Shown here: in pieces, positions 1 to 10,299 of the stretch
How positions within the stretch are numbered: position 1 is the stretch's first letter
Layout: each line of letters begins with the position of its first letter
NCBI GenBank assembly: GCA_023818655.1
Contig: JAMWCI010000003.1
Coordinates: 1-42,620 of the forward strand
DNA length: 42,620 nucleotides
From: Candidatus Omnitrophota bacterium
Lineage (GTDB): Bacteria; Omnitrophota; Gorgyraeia; Gygaellales; Profunditerraquicolaceae
Direction: 5' to 3'
Position numbers and translations under genes: made by a program
Notes under the pieces: model-generated
Database searches by the model: none
Told to the model about the DNA's origin: nothing
Seen by the model: only the letters and a program-made list of their open reading frames with translations

Positions 1-595
1 ATACTGAAATATATAATCCTCCCTCATCATGCAATCTGCCTATCGCAGCTGAGGTTTTTGCCATCTGCATTAATGAAAATAAACCTTCATACATCCTCGC
101 TCCGCCACCTGAACCTGAAACAATAATTAAAGGCAATTTATTTCCTGTGGCGGATTCAATAGCGCGCGTTATCTTTTCGCCTACCACAGAACCCATAGAG
201 CCCATAATAAAACGCGAATCTGTAACCGCAAAGACTATTTTTTTACCGTTTAACTTTCCGCCTCCGTATACCGCGGCGTCCTTAAGACCAGTAAGATTCT
301 GGTCAGCGGCAATCTTTTCTTTATAGGTTTTTGGACCTTTAAAATCCAATGGGTCAACTGAAACCATATCTCTGTCGTATTCTGTAAAGGTATCTTTATC
401 TAAAAGAATATTAATCCTTTCGTAGGCTCCCAGCGTAAAATGATAATTGCACTTAGGGCATACCCGCAAATTCTCTTCCAAGGTTTTATTATAGAGCATT
501 TCGGAGCACTCATCGCATTTAGTCCAGAGGCCGTCGGGTATTTCTTTTTTCTTAAGGCGTACGATTGTATATTTCGGCTTTCCGAATAAAGCCAT
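1..595 (-). CDS. accD: acetyl-CoA carboxylase carboxyltransferase beta subunit, N-terminal part (gene runs off the window)
   Basis: Not in ORF track because it is open at the window edge. My minus-strand translation from the ATG at 595-593 reads MALFGKPKYTIVRLKKKEIPDGLWTKCDECSEMLYNKTLEENLRVCPKCNYHFTL...SMGSVVGEKITRAIE...IIVSGSGGGARMYEG. It has the CxxC-x15-CxxC zinc ribbon and carboxyltransferase core typical of AccD. Confidence 0.85.
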   Translation of the reverse strand, partial: MALFGKPKYTIVRLKKKEIPDGLWTKCDECSEMLYNKTLEENLRVCPKCNYHFTLGAYERINILLDKDTFTEYDRDMVSVDPLDFKGPKTYKEKIAADQNLTGLKDAAVYGGGKLNGKKIVFAVTDSRFIMGSMGSVVGEKITRAIESATGNKLPLIIVSGSGGGARMYEGLFSLMQMAKTSAAIGRLHDEGGLYISV

Positions 596-604
596 TAGCG
601 ACTC

Positions 605-1891
605 CTATCTCAAATTGAATTTATTTATTAACAATCCCGACATAACCTTGGGATAAAAATAGGTCGATTTCGAAGGCATTCTTTCTTCCGCAAGCGCAAC
701 CGCAATTATCTTGCTCATATCCACGGGATTTAAGAAAAAGGCGAGGGCAAAAGAACCGCTATCAACACTTGCAATCGCCTCCTCGTTATCTACGGTATAA
801 ACTATATTTTCTTTATCATTACTTTCAATGCCGAAGATAGTTTTTAAAACCAGTTCGTTTAATATGGACACATCGAGGGTGCGGTAAGCCTTTGGCTTGT
901 CCTTCATTAGTTTATCCGGTATCTTTACGTTTTTTAGACGCAAAAGGTAAAATCTTTTCTGAAGATAGACCCCCAGAAGGTTTTCAGTGCGTCCGCCTTT
1001 CTGCATAAGAAAGAAAAATCTTGTTTTGTCTTTGACCTCTATAATATTAAAATATTCCCTTAGCTTAAGTTTCAGCTCCTCCTCGTTTATGACTTTTTCC
1101 GTTTTGATTAAACGGTGTATAGGCAATATAGACAGCCCCCGCTGGTCGGTATTGGTAAAATAGGCCATGAGATAATTAAAATCCTCCTTGCCGGTAAAGG
1201 CCTCTCCCAGCTTCTTTTTCATCTCCTCCTTATAAGCGCAAGCTACTTCATAACGATGGTGGCCGTCAGCGATAAAGATGTTTTCGTTGCACATACCATC
1301 TTCTATGCGCCTCAGCAAATCCGAAGAAGTAATCCTCCATAATCTATGGAGATTTTTTTCATCATCGCGCACTTCTATAAAAGGAGGGGCCTCTCCGATA
1401 CCTTTATCCCAAATATACTGGATAATGCGTTTTTTGTCCTGAAAGATTACGAATATCGGGCTTAGGTTTGCCTTTGTGCGGCGCAAAAGCCTGAGCCTGT
1501 CTTCCTTGGGGGCAAGGCGCGTATGTTCATGGGCAAAAACCGAGTTAGGTTTATCTGGCAGTTTCAGGAGAGAAACAAAACCCAGTCGCATTTTCTTCTC
1601 TCCCTTTATCTGATAACTATGGCTGTAAAAATATATTGCCGGTTCAATATCTTGAATAAATATATTCTCATCCATCCAATCTTTAAGATAGCCGGCTGCC
1701 CGGATATACTTATCCTCGCCGGGAATATCCCTGCCTAAAAGTATGTGGATAAAATTATGCTGGTCTTTCTTGCGAAGATACTCCTGCTGGGCAGGAGAAA
1801 TAATATCGTAAGGAGGACAGACTACTCTGGATAAGTCTTTAATCTTTTCCTGATTGTAGATTACAGCCCGAAAAGGCTTTATCTCAACCAT
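605..1891 (-). CDS. DUF1015 family protein
   Basis: 428-aa ORF. N-terminus is MVEIKPFRAVIYN...VVCPPYDIIS and it has an internal ADGHHRYE, both characteristic of DUF1015 proteins. Confidence 0.75.
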   Translation of the reverse strand: MVEIKPFRAVIYNQEKIKDLSRVVCPPYDIISPAQQEYLRKKDQHNFIHILLGRDIPGEDKYIRAAGYLKDWMDENIFIQDIEPAIYFYSHSYQIKGEKKMRLGFVSLLKLPDKPNSVFAHEHTRLAPKEDRLRLLRRTKANLSPIFVIFQDKKRIIQYIWDKGIGEAPPFIEVRDDEKNLHRLWRITSSDLLRRIEDGMCNENIFIADGHHRYEVACAYKEEMKKKLGEAFTGKEDFNYLMAYFTNTDQRGLSILPIHRLIKTEKVINEEELKLKLREYFNIIEVKDKTRFFFLMQKGGRTENLLGVYLQKRFYLLRLKNVKIPDKLMKDKPKAYRTLDVSILNELVLKTIFGIESNDKENIVYTVDNEEAIASVDSGSFALAFFLNPVDMSKIIAVALAEERMPSKSTYFYPKVMSGLLINKFNLR

Positions 1892-2238
1892 GTATAAAAC
1901 CCGCTTCCTGCTGCCAGTGAACCCAACGTATCTACCAATACGTCAAACACAGAGACCGTTCTCCCCGGAACAAAAGACTGATGCCATTCATCGCTTATGC
2001 CGTATAAAAAACCGAAGAGCACAGTCAAGGTTATGCCTATAGGCAAAGAAATCCGAGGGAAACTGTTTTTTAGCGCACAAACAAACGACAACCCCAAGAA
2101 CGCATAAATAAAAAAATGAAAGACTATATCTTGAAATGGAAATATTGATGGGGTGTTTTTTCCTGGCACGCTCGAAAAACAAAAAATAACCGCCATCCAC
2201 ATTATTACTATCAGCCAAGATTTCATTATTTTCACCAT
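1879..2238 (-). CDS. VanZ-like membrane protein
   Basis: 119-aa hydrophobic ORF with the VanZ-type block SDEWHQSFVPGRTVSVFDVLVDTLG. It overlaps the downstream gene start by 13 nt. Confidence 0.65.
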   Translation of the reverse strand: MVKIMKSWLIVIMWMAVIFCFSSVPGKNTPSIFPFQDIVFHFFIYAFLGLSFVCALKNSFPRISLPIGITLTVLFGFLYGISDEWHQSFVPGRTVSVFDVLVDTLGSLAAGSGFYTWLR

Positions 2239-2241
2239 ATA

Positions 2242-2508
2242 TTAATCAACCTGCTGGCAGGCATTACATCCGTCTCTGCTCTTTGGACAGGTCGGCGCGC
2301 TGGGTTTTTCTGTCTCGGTCTTCTTGCCCTTGCGGTAATCCGTGGCATAGAATCCACTTCCTTTAAAGATGATTCCTGAGCCGCTACCGATAAGGCGCCT
2401 GACTGGCTTACGGCACTTAGGGCAGGCCTCTAACGGCCGGTCAGTCATTCTCTGAAAAATCTCAAACCGGTGACCGCAATGTAAACATTCGTATTCATAT
2501 GTGGGCAT
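2242..2508 (-). CDS. FmdB-family zinc-ribbon protein
   Basis: 88 aa with MPTYEYECLHCGHRFE...CPKCRKPVRRL, the CxxC..CxxC FmdB/Zn-ribbon signature. Confidence 0.8.
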   Translation of the reverse strand: MPTYEYECLHCGHRFEIFQRMTDRPLEACPKCRKPVRRLIGSGSGIIFKGSGFYATDYRKGKKTETEKPSAPTCPKSRDGCNACQQVD

Positions 2509-2565
2509 TGTGAAATCAACCGCTCCTTTCTTGTTACGCTCATAGCGAATTTATTATTATAAAGA

Positions 2566-3729
2566 TTATCTACTAAAAGTCTTCTTAATTCTGTCGGCGA
2601 AACTTTCCTGTTTTATCTGGTCTCCAGAAAGCCTGGCGAATTCCTCAATAAGCCTGCGCTGTTCAGCGGTAAGCTTCGTAGGTATCTCTACATCCACCCT
2701 TACCAGCTCGTCGCCTATGCCTCTTCCATGTAAATCTGGAATCCCCTTTCCTTTTAATCTGAAGATTTTTCCTGATTGGGTTCCCGGAGGTATTCTCATG
2801 CTTACCTTTCCGTTTAATGTAGGAACCTCTATTTCGCCTCCCAAAATTGCCTTAGCTATGCTTATATTTACGCCGGTAAGTATATCGTTCTCTTGTCGCT
2901 GGAAAACAGGATGGGGAGCAACTTCAATTACTACATATAAATCGCCTTTGCCTGCGCTGCCTGATTCTCCCTCGCCCCGCACTCTAAGACTAGAGTTATT
3001 ATCTACTCCGGCGGGTATCTTTACCTTAATCTTGCGGGCGACTTTTATCCTTCCTTCGCCGCGGCAATCCGCACAGGGCGTCTGGATAATATAGCCATCA
3101 CCGCGACAACGCGCACAGGTCTGGGCTAATTGAAAGAAACCGCTGGATACCACGGTCCGACCTGCGCCTTTGCATTGAGGACAGGTAATTTTCTTGGTTC
3201 CGGGTTTTGCCCCGCTACCTGAACAGACAGAACAGGTTTCATAGCGAGGAACAGAGATAGTTTTCTCTGTTCCTGTAGCTGCCTCCTCCAGACTGATAGA
3301 TACTGCTATCTGCAGGTCCCTGCCCCTGCGTCTGCCTGTTGCGCGCGAGGACCTTCCTCCAAAAAAATCAAACCCCAAGTCGCTAAAGATATCTTCAAAA
3401 AGCCCGCCCCCAAATCCAAAATCCCCCAGGTCTTGAAAAACGCTGGAAAAATCTGCGCCTTTAAAGATATCCTCGTAGGCATATCTCTGGTCTATGCCGG
3501 AATGTCCATACTGGTCGTAAAGGGCGCGCTTCTGCGGATCAGAAAGAACCGCATAGGCCTCAGAGATATCTTTAAACTTTTCTTCCGCCTCTTTTTTTTG
3601 CTCATGAGGCACGCGGTCAGGATGGTAACGCAACGCCAATTCCCGATAAGCCTTCTTTATCTCATCAAGGGTTGCGTTCTTCTTTACACCTAAAATCTCA
3701 TAATAATCGCGTTTAGTACTCAAGGCCAC
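2566..3729 (-). CDS. dnaJ: molecular chaperone DnaJ
   Basis: J-domain (DYYEILGV...YHPD), G/F-rich linker and four CxxCxGxG repeats ([32 protein letters not shown]). Confidence 0.96.
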   Translation of the reverse strand: MALSTKRDYYEILGVKKNATLDEIKKAYRELALRYHPDRVPHEQKKEAEEKFKDISEAYAVLSDPQKRALYDQYGHSGIDQRYAYEDIFKGADFSSVFQDLGDFGFGGGLFEDIFSDLGFDFFGGRSSRATGRRRGRDLQIAVSISLEEAATGTEKTISVPRYETCSVCSGSGAKPGTKKITCPQCKGAGRTVVSSGFFQLAQTCARCRGDGYIIQTPCADCRGEGRIKVARKIKVKIPAGVDNNSSLRVRGEGESGSAGKGDLYVVIEVAPHPVFQRQENDILTGVNISIAKAILGGEIEVPTLNGKVSMRIPPGTQSGKIFRLKGKGIPDLHGRGIGDELVRVDVEIPTKLTAEQRRLIEEFARLSGDQIKQESFADRIKKTFSR

Positions 3730-3786
3730 AAGCTGTAAATCGTAATCTGTAATTTATAAAATTACCGATTACGCGTTACCTCCGTT

Positions 3787-5664
3787 TTACTTCTTATCGT
3801 CTTCTTCCTTAAACTCTGCGTCAATTACCTCTTCGTCTTTTCCTTGTTTTTGCCCTGCGGCTGAACCTTCCTCTTTCGGCCGGGCACCTCCCTGTCCAGT
3901 CTGCTGTTTTGCGCCTGCCTGTTTATAAACCTCTTCTGCCAATTTATGCGAAGCTCTAGTCAACTCTTCCATCCCATTCTTTACCCTCTCTATATTCTTG
4001 TCTTTAATCGCTGTCTTAAGGTCGTTTATCCTGCTTTCTATTTCCGCGCGTTCAGCCTGACTTACCTTATCTCCAAAATCCTTCAGCGATTTCTCCGTGG
4101 CGTAAACCAACGTATCCGCCTGATTGATAATCTCCACTTCTTCCTTTCTCTTGGCATCTTCGGCTGCGAATCTCTCCGCATCCTTAACCATCTTCTCAAT
4201 TTCTTCCTTGGAAAGCTTCTTAGGTGCAGTAATGCGGATAGACTGCTCTTTGCCTGTACCTAGGTCTTTTGCCGATACGTGCACGATGCCATTAGCATCG
4301 ATATCAAAGGTAACTTCAATCTGCGGCACGCCGCGCGGCGCAGCAGGGATGCCAACCAAATCAAATCTTCCCAGCTCCACATTATCATCAGCCATAGGCC
4401 GCTCTCCCTGCAACACGCGTATAGTTACCGCGGTCTGGTTGTCTGTGGCGGTAGAAAAAATCTGGCTTTTGCGCGTAGGAATAGTGGTGTTTCTTTCAAT
4501 AAGTTTTGTATTTACGCCGCCCAAGGTCTCAATACCCAAAGATAAAGGAGTAACATCAAGCAAAAGCACGTCTTTCATTTCGCCTTTGATAATCGCAGCC
4601 TGTATAGCGGCTCCCAAGGCAACGCATTCCATAGGGTCAACCCCGCGCTCTATCTTCTTGCCTACATAATCCTCAACAAATTTTTGCACAATAGGCATCC
4701 TGGTAGGACCGCCGACCATAATAATACGGTCAATATCGCGACTTGTCAATTTTGCGTCGGCAAGCGCCTGCTCCATCGGATGACGGCATCTTTCAATAAT
4801 CGGAGCAATCAAATCCTCCAGCTTTGCGCGGGTAATAGACATAGTCAGGTGTTTTGGACCGGTGGCGTCTGCGGTGATGAAGGGCAAATTGATATCTGTC
4901 GTCAAAGTAGAGGACAATTCAATCTTTGCCTTCTCCGCTGCCTCGCGCACGCGCTGGATAGCCATTTTATCATTCTTTAGGTCAATGCCTGTCTCTCGCT
5001 TAAACTGTTCCACAATATAATCTATAAGCGCGTTATCCATATCAGTGCCGCCCAATTGCGTATCGCCGGAGGTAGACTTTACCTCAAATACGCCCTGAGC
5101 CATCTCCATAATTGTAACATCCAAGGTTCCGCCGCCTAAGTCAAATACCATTATCTTCTGCTCCTTCTGCGACTTTTCCAAACCATAAGCCAAACAGGCA
5201 GCAGTAGGCTCATTGATAATGCGCAATACCTTTAAGCCGGCGATCTCCCCGGCGTCTTTGGTGGCGGTCCTCTGGTTATCGTCAAAATAAGCAGGGCAAG
5301 TAATTACCGCCTCTTCAACCTTGTCGCCCAAATATGCCTCGGCATCCTGTTTTATCTTCTGCAGGATAAACGCGGATATCTGCTGAGGCGTATATTCCTT
5401 GCCAAAAACCTTGAATTTATAATCCGTACCCATCTTGCGCTTAGCCGCCTGAATTGTGCCTTCGGCATTAATAGCTGCCTGTCTGCGAGCCGGCTCGCCC
5501 ACCAAACGCTGACCTTCTTTGGTAAAAGCTACATAAGAAGGAAATGCCTTTCCGGAGGCTACTCCTGCGCCTTCTGCAGAAGGTATGATTACCGGCCTGC
5601 CACCCTCCATTACTGCAGCCGCAGAGTTAGAAGTACCCAAATCAATACCGATTACCTTTGCCAT
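3787..5664 (-). CDS. dnaK: molecular chaperone DnaK (Hsp70)
   Basis: 625 aa with [18 protein letters not shown] and a C-terminal [15 protein letters not shown] tail. Sits between grpE and dnaJ. Confidence 0.97.
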   Translation of the reverse strand: MAKVIGIDLGTSNSAAAVMEGGRPVIIPSAEGAGVASGKAFPSYVAFTKEGQRLVGEPARRQAAINAEGTIQAAKRKMGTDYKFKVFGKEYTPQQISAFILQKIKQDAEAYLGDKVEEAVITCPAYFDDNQRTATKDAGEIAGLKVLRIINEPTAACLAYGLEKSQKEQKIMVFDLGGGTLDVTIMEMAQGVFEVKSTSGDTQLGGTDMDNALIDYIVEQFKRETGIDLKNDKMAIQRVREAAEKAKIELSSTLTTDINLPFITADATGPKHLTMSITRAKLEDLIAPIIERCRHPMEQALADAKLTSRDIDRIIMVGGPTRMPIVQKFVEDYVGKKIERGVDPMECVALGAAIQAAIIKGEMKDVLLLDVTPLSLGIETLGGVNTKLIERNTTIPTRKSQIFSTATDNQTAVTIRVLQGERPMADDNVELGRFDLVGIPAAPRGVPQIEVTFDIDANGIVHVSAKDLGTGKEQSIRITAPKKLSKEEIEKMVKDAERFAAEDAKRKEEVEIINQADTLVYATEKSLKDFGDKVSQAERAEIESRINDLKTAIKDKNIERVKNGMEELTRASHKLAEEVYKQAGAKQQTGQGGARPKEEGSAAGQKQGKDEEVIDAEFKEEDDKK

Positions 5665-5744
5665 ATCTATCCCTCCTGTCTTAACTTAATGGTCGCCAGC
5701 CAATAAAAATAAAACTTCGTATCTTGGCTATTATCTGTAATCTG

Positions 5745-6173
5745 CTACACTGTGTCCTTCTTAGAAACCTTCACCTTGCTGGTCCTTATGACTTTATCGT
5801 TCAACATATAACCCTTTTGCAACTCCTCTAACACAGTGTGTTCCGCCACATTATTATTTTCAACCTGCATCAACGCCTCATGGTAACGCGGGTCAAAAAT
5901 CTTGCCTTCTGCCTCAATGGGCCTGACGCCGTACTCCTTTAACATCTCGTATAGATGCGCCAATATCATTTCTACGCCTTTTAAAAATGCGGATAAACCG
6001 TGCTCCTGATTAGAAGGCTCAACCTTGCGTTTCTCCTCAGCCAATTCCACAACCCGTTCTAAATCATCCAAGATATTCAACAATTCCAAGATAATACCCT
6101 CATTGGCAAATTTAATATAATCCTGCTTTTCTTTTTCTATGCGCTTGCGGATATTTTCAAATTCCGCCTGCAT
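5745..6173 (-). CDS. grpE: nucleotide exchange factor GrpE (annotated from first ATG; N-terminus probably longer)
   Basis: AEFENIRKR motif and a GrpE C-terminal beta domain. The reading frame stays open and coiled-coil-like upstream to 6282 without any ATG/GTG/TTG (see finding). Confidence 0.85.
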   Translation of the reverse strand: MQAEFENIRKRIEKEKQDYIKFANEGIILELLNILDDLERVVELAEEKRKVEPSNQEHGLSAFLKGVEMILAHLYEMLKEYGVRPIEAEGKIFDPRYHEALMQVENNNVAEHTVLEELQKGYMLNDKVIRTSKVKVSKKDTV

Positions 6174-6372
6174 CCTTAGTATCTTATCCCAATACTCCTT
6201 GCCCTTTTCCGCCTCTTCTTTAAGCTTAAGGTATTCAGCCTCCTGCAGGGTAACTGTTTTTGTTTCTTCCTTCTGATTTTACTTTGTCAAAAATATTTTT
6301 TATCATATAATCAGTTTATGGTTTTACTGAATAAAATTATTTTCCTTTTTCTGCTCTTCTTTTTTATCCATT

Positions 6373-7110
6373 TCAGATTTTCCCCAAAACAGTGGTCAAA
6401 ACTTCGGAAATATATTCCAAGGCCGGTATGATATGGCTGTACTCCATGCGCTGCGGTCCTAAAACCGCCAGTCTCCCTGAAAGCCGGTTGTGGATACGGT
6501 AACCCGAAATCACCAAAGAGCAGTTCTCCATCTCTGGACAACCAAGCTCCTGTCCGATGTACACCTTTATTTTGTCGTCTAAATCGCGGTTGATAATATC
6601 AAGTAGGCATCTTTTATCCTCTATAATCTTAAGCAGCAACTTTATCTTTTCAAAATCATGGAATTCTGGATGTTCCAAAATCCTGGTTATGCCCCTATAA
6701 AAAAGCTTATCCTGCCACTCCAGAAAAGAGACTATCCCAGCGTAACGCGTAACCGCAGAGATAAGCTCTGAGGTTTCCTCCAACGCATCTTCCAATTTCC
6801 GGATTTCTCTTTTGTATCCCTGTAAGATACACTCTTTCTCCTCATCCAGAAGCTCCATCTCTGATACAAGGAAATCCACATAATAACGGTAACCTTTATT
6901 TGTAGGAATCCTGCCGCCGGAGGTATGGGGATGAGTAAGGTAACCTTCCTCTTCCAGCTCGGCAAAAATATTGCGTATGGTTGCGGAGCTTAAATTAAAT
7001 TCCTTGGCAATATCTTCGGAAGCCACAGGTTGCGCATCCTTTATATAGCGGTCGATGGCAGCCGCCAAAACCGCCTTTCTTCTTGTTGTGTAATCAACGT
7101 TTCTTGCCAT
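6373..7110 (-). CDS. hrcA: heat-inducible transcription repressor HrcA (compact form)
   Basis: N-terminal winged HTH (SSATIRNIFAELEEEGYLTHPHTSGGRIPT) and C-terminal GPQRMEY motif. The track starts at a TTG at 7128. I prefer the ATG at 7110 (MARNV...), which is preceded by AAGGA. Confidence 0.9.
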   Translation of the reverse strand: MARNVDYTTRRKAVLAAAIDRYIKDAQPVASEDIAKEFNLSSATIRNIFAELEEEGYLTHPHTSGGRIPTNKGYRYYVDFLVSEMELLDEEKECILQGYKREIRKLEDALEETSELISAVTRYAGIVSFLEWQDKLFYRGITRILEHPEFHDFEKIKLLLKIIEDKRCLLDIINRDLDDKIKVYIGQELGCPEMENCSLVISGYRIHNRLSGRLAVLGPQRMEYSHIIPALEYISEVLTTVLGKI

Positions 7111-7201
7111 AGGCAATTCCTTTACCAACCATCTTTGTTTCTCTGTGAACCTGATAACTACTGCGCTTTATTATTATACTTAGTGGAAAACGCCCCATTT
7201 T

Positions 7202-7228
7202 TTAGCACTCTTGATTCGTGAATGCTAA
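7202..7228 (-). promoter_or_regulatory. CIRCE operator (HrcA binding site)
   Basis: TTAGCACTC-ttgattcgt-GAATGCTAA, 17 of 18 arm positions match the consensus TTAGCACTC-N9-GAGTGCTAA. It starts 6 nt downstream of the predicted -10. Confidence 0.85.
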
Positions 7229-7234
7229 AGGGTA

Positions 7235-7262
7235 ATTTTAACATAATTCTGCGCTTTGTCAA
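7235..7262 (-). promoter_or_regulatory. sigma70-like promoter of the hrcA-grpE-dnaK-dnaJ operon
   Basis: Minus strand reads TTGACA (7262-7257), a 16-nt spacer, then TAAAAT (7240-7235), directly upstream of CIRCE. Confidence 0.6.
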
Positions 7263-7266
7263 TCTA

Positions 7267-9882
7267 TCATCCTTTGCTTAATGCAATATTTTTCTCCGCA
7301 TCCAACTCTGCCACCACCTTCATATTTTCTTTAATTTCTCCGGATAATATTTTCTTGGCCAGAGGGTCTTGGATATATTTTTGAATCGTGCGCTTTAATG
7401 GACGCGCCCCAAAGTTGGCGTCAAACCCCTTCTCGCACAAATACTCCTTTGCCTTAGGGGACACTTCAAGTTTAATCCCCTGTTGAGCCAGCCGTGCGTA
7501 AATAGGCGCTAATTCAATCTCTACTATCTTCTGGATATCGGTTTTACTCAGGGGATTAAAAACAATTATATCGTCTATCCGGTTTAAAAACTCCGGACGG
7601 AAGTTCTTTTTCACTTCACTAAGAAGTTTTTCTTTCATTTCTGTGAATCCATAATCCTGTTTATTTACTTTAAAACCTATAGACGCATGCTGCTGGATAA
7701 TATCCGCGCCGATATTGGAAGTCATAATAATCACTGTATTGTTGAAATTAACAGTCCTGCCTTGTCCGTCGGTGAGGCGACCGTCATCCAGAATCTGTAA
7801 AAGGATATTAAAGACTTCTGGATGCGCCTTTTCAATTTCATCCAAAAGGATTACCGCATAAGGCCTGCGCCGTATCTTTTCCGTAAGCTGTCCTCCTTCT
7901 TCATACCCCACATATCCGGGAGGCGCGCCGATAAGCCGGGAAACGCTAAACTTCTCCATATATTCAGACATATCAATGCGCACCAGCGCATTTTCATCAT
8001 CAAACAAAAACCACGCCAGTGTTTTAGCCAGCTTAGTCTTTCCCACCCCCGTTGGCCCCAAAAAGATAAACGAGCCCATCGGCCTTTTTTCCTCTCCCAA
8101 TCCTGAACGCGCCCTTCGGATACAGTTGGAGATGACGCCCAGCGCTTCATCTTGACCAACGACTTTCTCTCTTAGCCGCTCTTCCATATGTATAAGCTTT
8201 TGGGTATCTGTCTCCATTAATTTAGTCAAAGGAATCCCGGTCCATTCAGAGATAACCTCGGCAATATCCTCTTCGCTTACCGCCTCACGCAACATACCGG
8301 AGCCCTTCTGCAACTGCGCGAGCTTCTCATTATAACCCTTTAGTTCATTTTCTAGGGCAATCAGTTTCCCGTATTTTATCTCAGCTACCTTATCAAGGTT
8401 GCCGATTTTCTCTGCCTGACTAGCCTCGTTCTTTAACTCTTCTATTTTTTTCCTGGCATTCTTTATCTGCACAATTACTCCCTTTTCCTTCTCCCATTGT
8501 TGCTTTTTGCTATCCAGTTCTTTTTTAAGGGTTTCCAGCTCATCCTCTATTTTTTTCAACCTCTCCTGTGAGACGTTGTCTTTTTCTTTCTTTAATGCCT
8601 GCTTCTCTATCTCCAGCTGGATAATCCTGCGTTGCACGCTGTCAATCTCCACAGGCATGCTGTCAATCTCCAGTCTTAGGCGCGAGGCAGCCTCATCCAC
8701 AAGGTCTACGGCTTTATCCGGAAGATGCCTGTCGCTTATGTAACGGGAAGAAAGAGTGGCGGCAGCAACCAGAGCGCTGTCGGTAATCCGCACACCGTGA
8801 TGAATCTCGTATTTCTCCTTAAGTCCACGCAAGATAGCAATAGTATTCGCTACATCCGGCTCATCCACAAATACCGGCTGGAATCGCCTTTCCAGAGCGC
8901 TGTCTTTCTCTATATATTTGCGGTATTCCTCAAGCGTGGTTGCGCCGATACAACGCAGCTGACCACGGGCAAGCAATGGTTTCAACATATTAGAGGCATC
9001 AATTGATCCTTCAGCTGCCCCAGCTCCCACGATAATATGCAACTCGTCTATAAAAAGAATTACCTGGCCGTTTTTGGCCTGTATCTCTTTCAATACTGCC
9101 TTTAAACGGTTTTCAAATTCTCCGCGGAATTTGGTCCCGGCAACCAAAGCGCCCATATCCAAAGCGATTATCCTCTTATCCTTGAGTCCTTCCGGGACAT
9201 CATGAGAAACAATCCGCTGCGCAAGGCCTTCAACAATTGCGGTTTTGCCCACTCCTGCCTCTCCGATTAAAACAGGATTATTCTTGGTTCTGCGCGACAA
9301 TACCTGCATCAACCGACGTATCTCTTTATCGCGTCCGATAACCGGGTCAAGCTTCATCCTGAGAGCAAGCTCTGTTAAATCCATCCCGTATTTTTCCAAG
9401 GCGTTAATTTTTTCTTCCGGATTCTCATCGGTAATCCGGTGACTTCCCCTGATCGCGCTCAAAGCAGAGAGAATCTCTTCTTTTCCTATTCCTCTTTTCT
9501 TTAATTCCTGCGCAAATTTGGAATCGCCATCAGACAAAAAAGCAAGCAGAATATGCTCTCCAGAGATAAACTCATCTTTCATATACTCTGCTTCCTTCTT
9601 GGCGTTGGCAAGAAGTCGGTTAAACCGGTGAGAAAAATAAACATTAAGATTTGCGCCGCTTACTGCCGGATTATTCTTTAATTCCTCTTCCAGTGTTTTG
9701 ATTACGGAAAAGGAAGGCATACCTACTTTATCAAACACTTGCGCCACAAGACTGTCTTCCTGCCTTAATAACGTATATAACAGATGTTCGGGTTCAACCT
9801 GTTGATGACCGGATTCAGTGGCAAAGCTCACGGCATCCTGCAACGCCTCCTGTAACTTAACGGTTAATTTATCTAATCGCAC
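7267..9882 (-). CDS. clpB: ATP-dependent chaperone ClpB
   Basis: 871 aa with two AAA+ modules (GEAGVGKT and GPTGVGKT Walker A) separated by a long coiled-coil middle domain. GTG start is preceded by AAGGAGG. Confidence 0.97.
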   Translation of the reverse strand: MRLDKLTVKLQEALQDAVSFATESGHQQVEPEHLLYTLLRQEDSLVAQVFDKVGMPSFSVIKTLEEELKNNPAVSGANLNVYFSHRFNRLLANAKKEAEYMKDEFISGEHILLAFLSDGDSKFAQELKKRGIGKEEILSALSAIRGSHRITDENPEEKINALEKYGMDLTELALRMKLDPVIGRDKEIRRLMQVLSRRTKNNPVLIGEAGVGKTAIVEGLAQRIVSHDVPEGLKDKRIIALDMGALVAGTKFRGEFENRLKAVLKEIQAKNGQVILFIDELHIIVGAGAAEGSIDASNMLKPLLARGQLRCIGATTLEEYRKYIEKDSALERRFQPVFVDEPDVANTIAILRGLKEKYEIHHGVRITDSALVAAATLSSRYISDRHLPDKAVDLVDEAASRLRLEIDSMPVEIDSVQRRIIQLEIEKQALKKEKDNVSQERLKKIEDELETLKKELDSKKQQWEKEKGVIVQIKNARKKIEELKNEASQAEKIGNLDKVAEIKYGKLIALENELKGYNEKLAQLQKGSGMLREAVSEEDIAEVISEWTGIPLTKLMETDTQKLIHMEERLREKVVGQDEALGVISNCIRRARSGLGEEKRPMGSFIFLGPTGVGKTKLAKTLAWFLFDDENALVRIDMSEYMEKFSVSRLIGAPPGYVGYEEGGQLTEKIRRRPYAVILLDEIEKAHPEVFNILLQILDDGRLTDGQGRTVNFNNTVIIMTSNIGADIIQQHASIGFKVNKQDYGFTEMKEKLLSEVKKNFRPEFLNRIDDIIVFNPLSKTDIQKIVEIELAPIYARLAQQGIKLEVSPKAKEYLCEKGFDANFGARPLKRTIQKYIQDPLAKKILSGEIKENMKVVAELDAEKNIALSKG

Positions 9883-9903
9883 TTTTCCTCCTTCTATTGA
9901 ATA

Positions 9904-9930
9904 TTAGCAATCTAATCAATAGACTGCTAA
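9904..9930 (-). promoter_or_regulatory. CIRCE-like inverted repeat upstream of clpB
   Basis: TTAGCAATC-taatcaata-GACTGCTAA, with one mismatch per arm to the CIRCE consensus and one mismatch as an inverted repeat. On the minus strand the arms coincide with possible -35 (TTAGCA) and -10 (TAATAT) hexamers. Confidence 0.55.
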
Positions 9931-9946
9931 TATCAACGCAAAAAAA

Positions 9947-10207
9947 TTATACTTCCTCTTTTTCCAAAATTATTTTTATTCCGTGTATATTTACCCGCTT
10001 CTCTTCCATAAGATAATGGATATATTCTAACTTCCTGATATCTCTTAAAGAATAAAGGCGGCTCTTTCTGCCTATCCTTTTAGGACAAACAATCCCGGCC
10101 TTATCCAGTTGACGTAACGTCCATACAGGCAAAGATACCAGTTTGCTTACTACACTAATCACATACACCGGTTCATCAGGGCTAATCTGGATATCAAAAA
10201 GCGGCAT
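9947..10207 (-). CDS. hspR: MerR-family heat-shock regulator, HspR-like
   Basis: Contains VYVISVVSKLVSLPVWTLRQLDKAGIVCPKRIGRKSRLYSLRDIRKLEYIHYL, a MerR/HspR-type HTH, directly upstream of clpB. I prefer the ATG at 10207 (AAGGAG 7 nt upstream) over the track start at 10225. Confidence 0.7.
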   Translation of the reverse strand: MPLFDIQISPDEPVYVISVVSKLVSLPVWTLRQLDKAGIVCPKRIGRKSRLYSLRDIRKLEYIHYLMEEKRVNIHGIKIILEKEEV

Positions 10208-10234
10208 CCTTGCTCCTTTTTTCATCTGCTTTCA

Positions 10235-10263
10235 AGTATAACATAATTAAATTATTTTGTCAA
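10235..10263 (-). promoter_or_regulatory. sigma70-like promoter upstream of hspR-clpB
   Basis: Minus strand reads TTGACA (10263-10258), a 17-nt spacer, then TATACT (10240-10235). Confidence 0.5.
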
Positions 10264-10299
10264 GAAAAATTAATAAAATTTATTAGATATTCTAATAGA

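Noticed and set aside
4124-4669. 181-aa plus-strand ORF inside dnaK. The track lists many similar antisense ORFs inside dnaJ, clpB, hflX, DUF1015, the methyltransferases, permeases and others.
   Set aside because: They lie wholly within, and opposite to, long ORFs that have unmistakable family signatures. Their translations are low-complexity (S/L/I/F-rich) with no recognisable motifs. They are shadow ORFs.
6311-6541. 76-aa minus-strand ORF overlapping the 3' end of hrcA.
   Set aside because: It is an alternative frame of hrcA with an implausible translation. The hrcA frame carries the conserved GPQRMEY motif.
10208-10299. I searched for an HspR operator (HAIR, CTTGAGT-N7-ACTCAAG) near hspR, clpB and dnaK.
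   Set aside because: Only direct CTTGA repeats that overlap the promoter hexamers were found, and no inverted HAIR. A lone CTTGAGT at 17241-17247 lies inside a CDS and has no partner arm.
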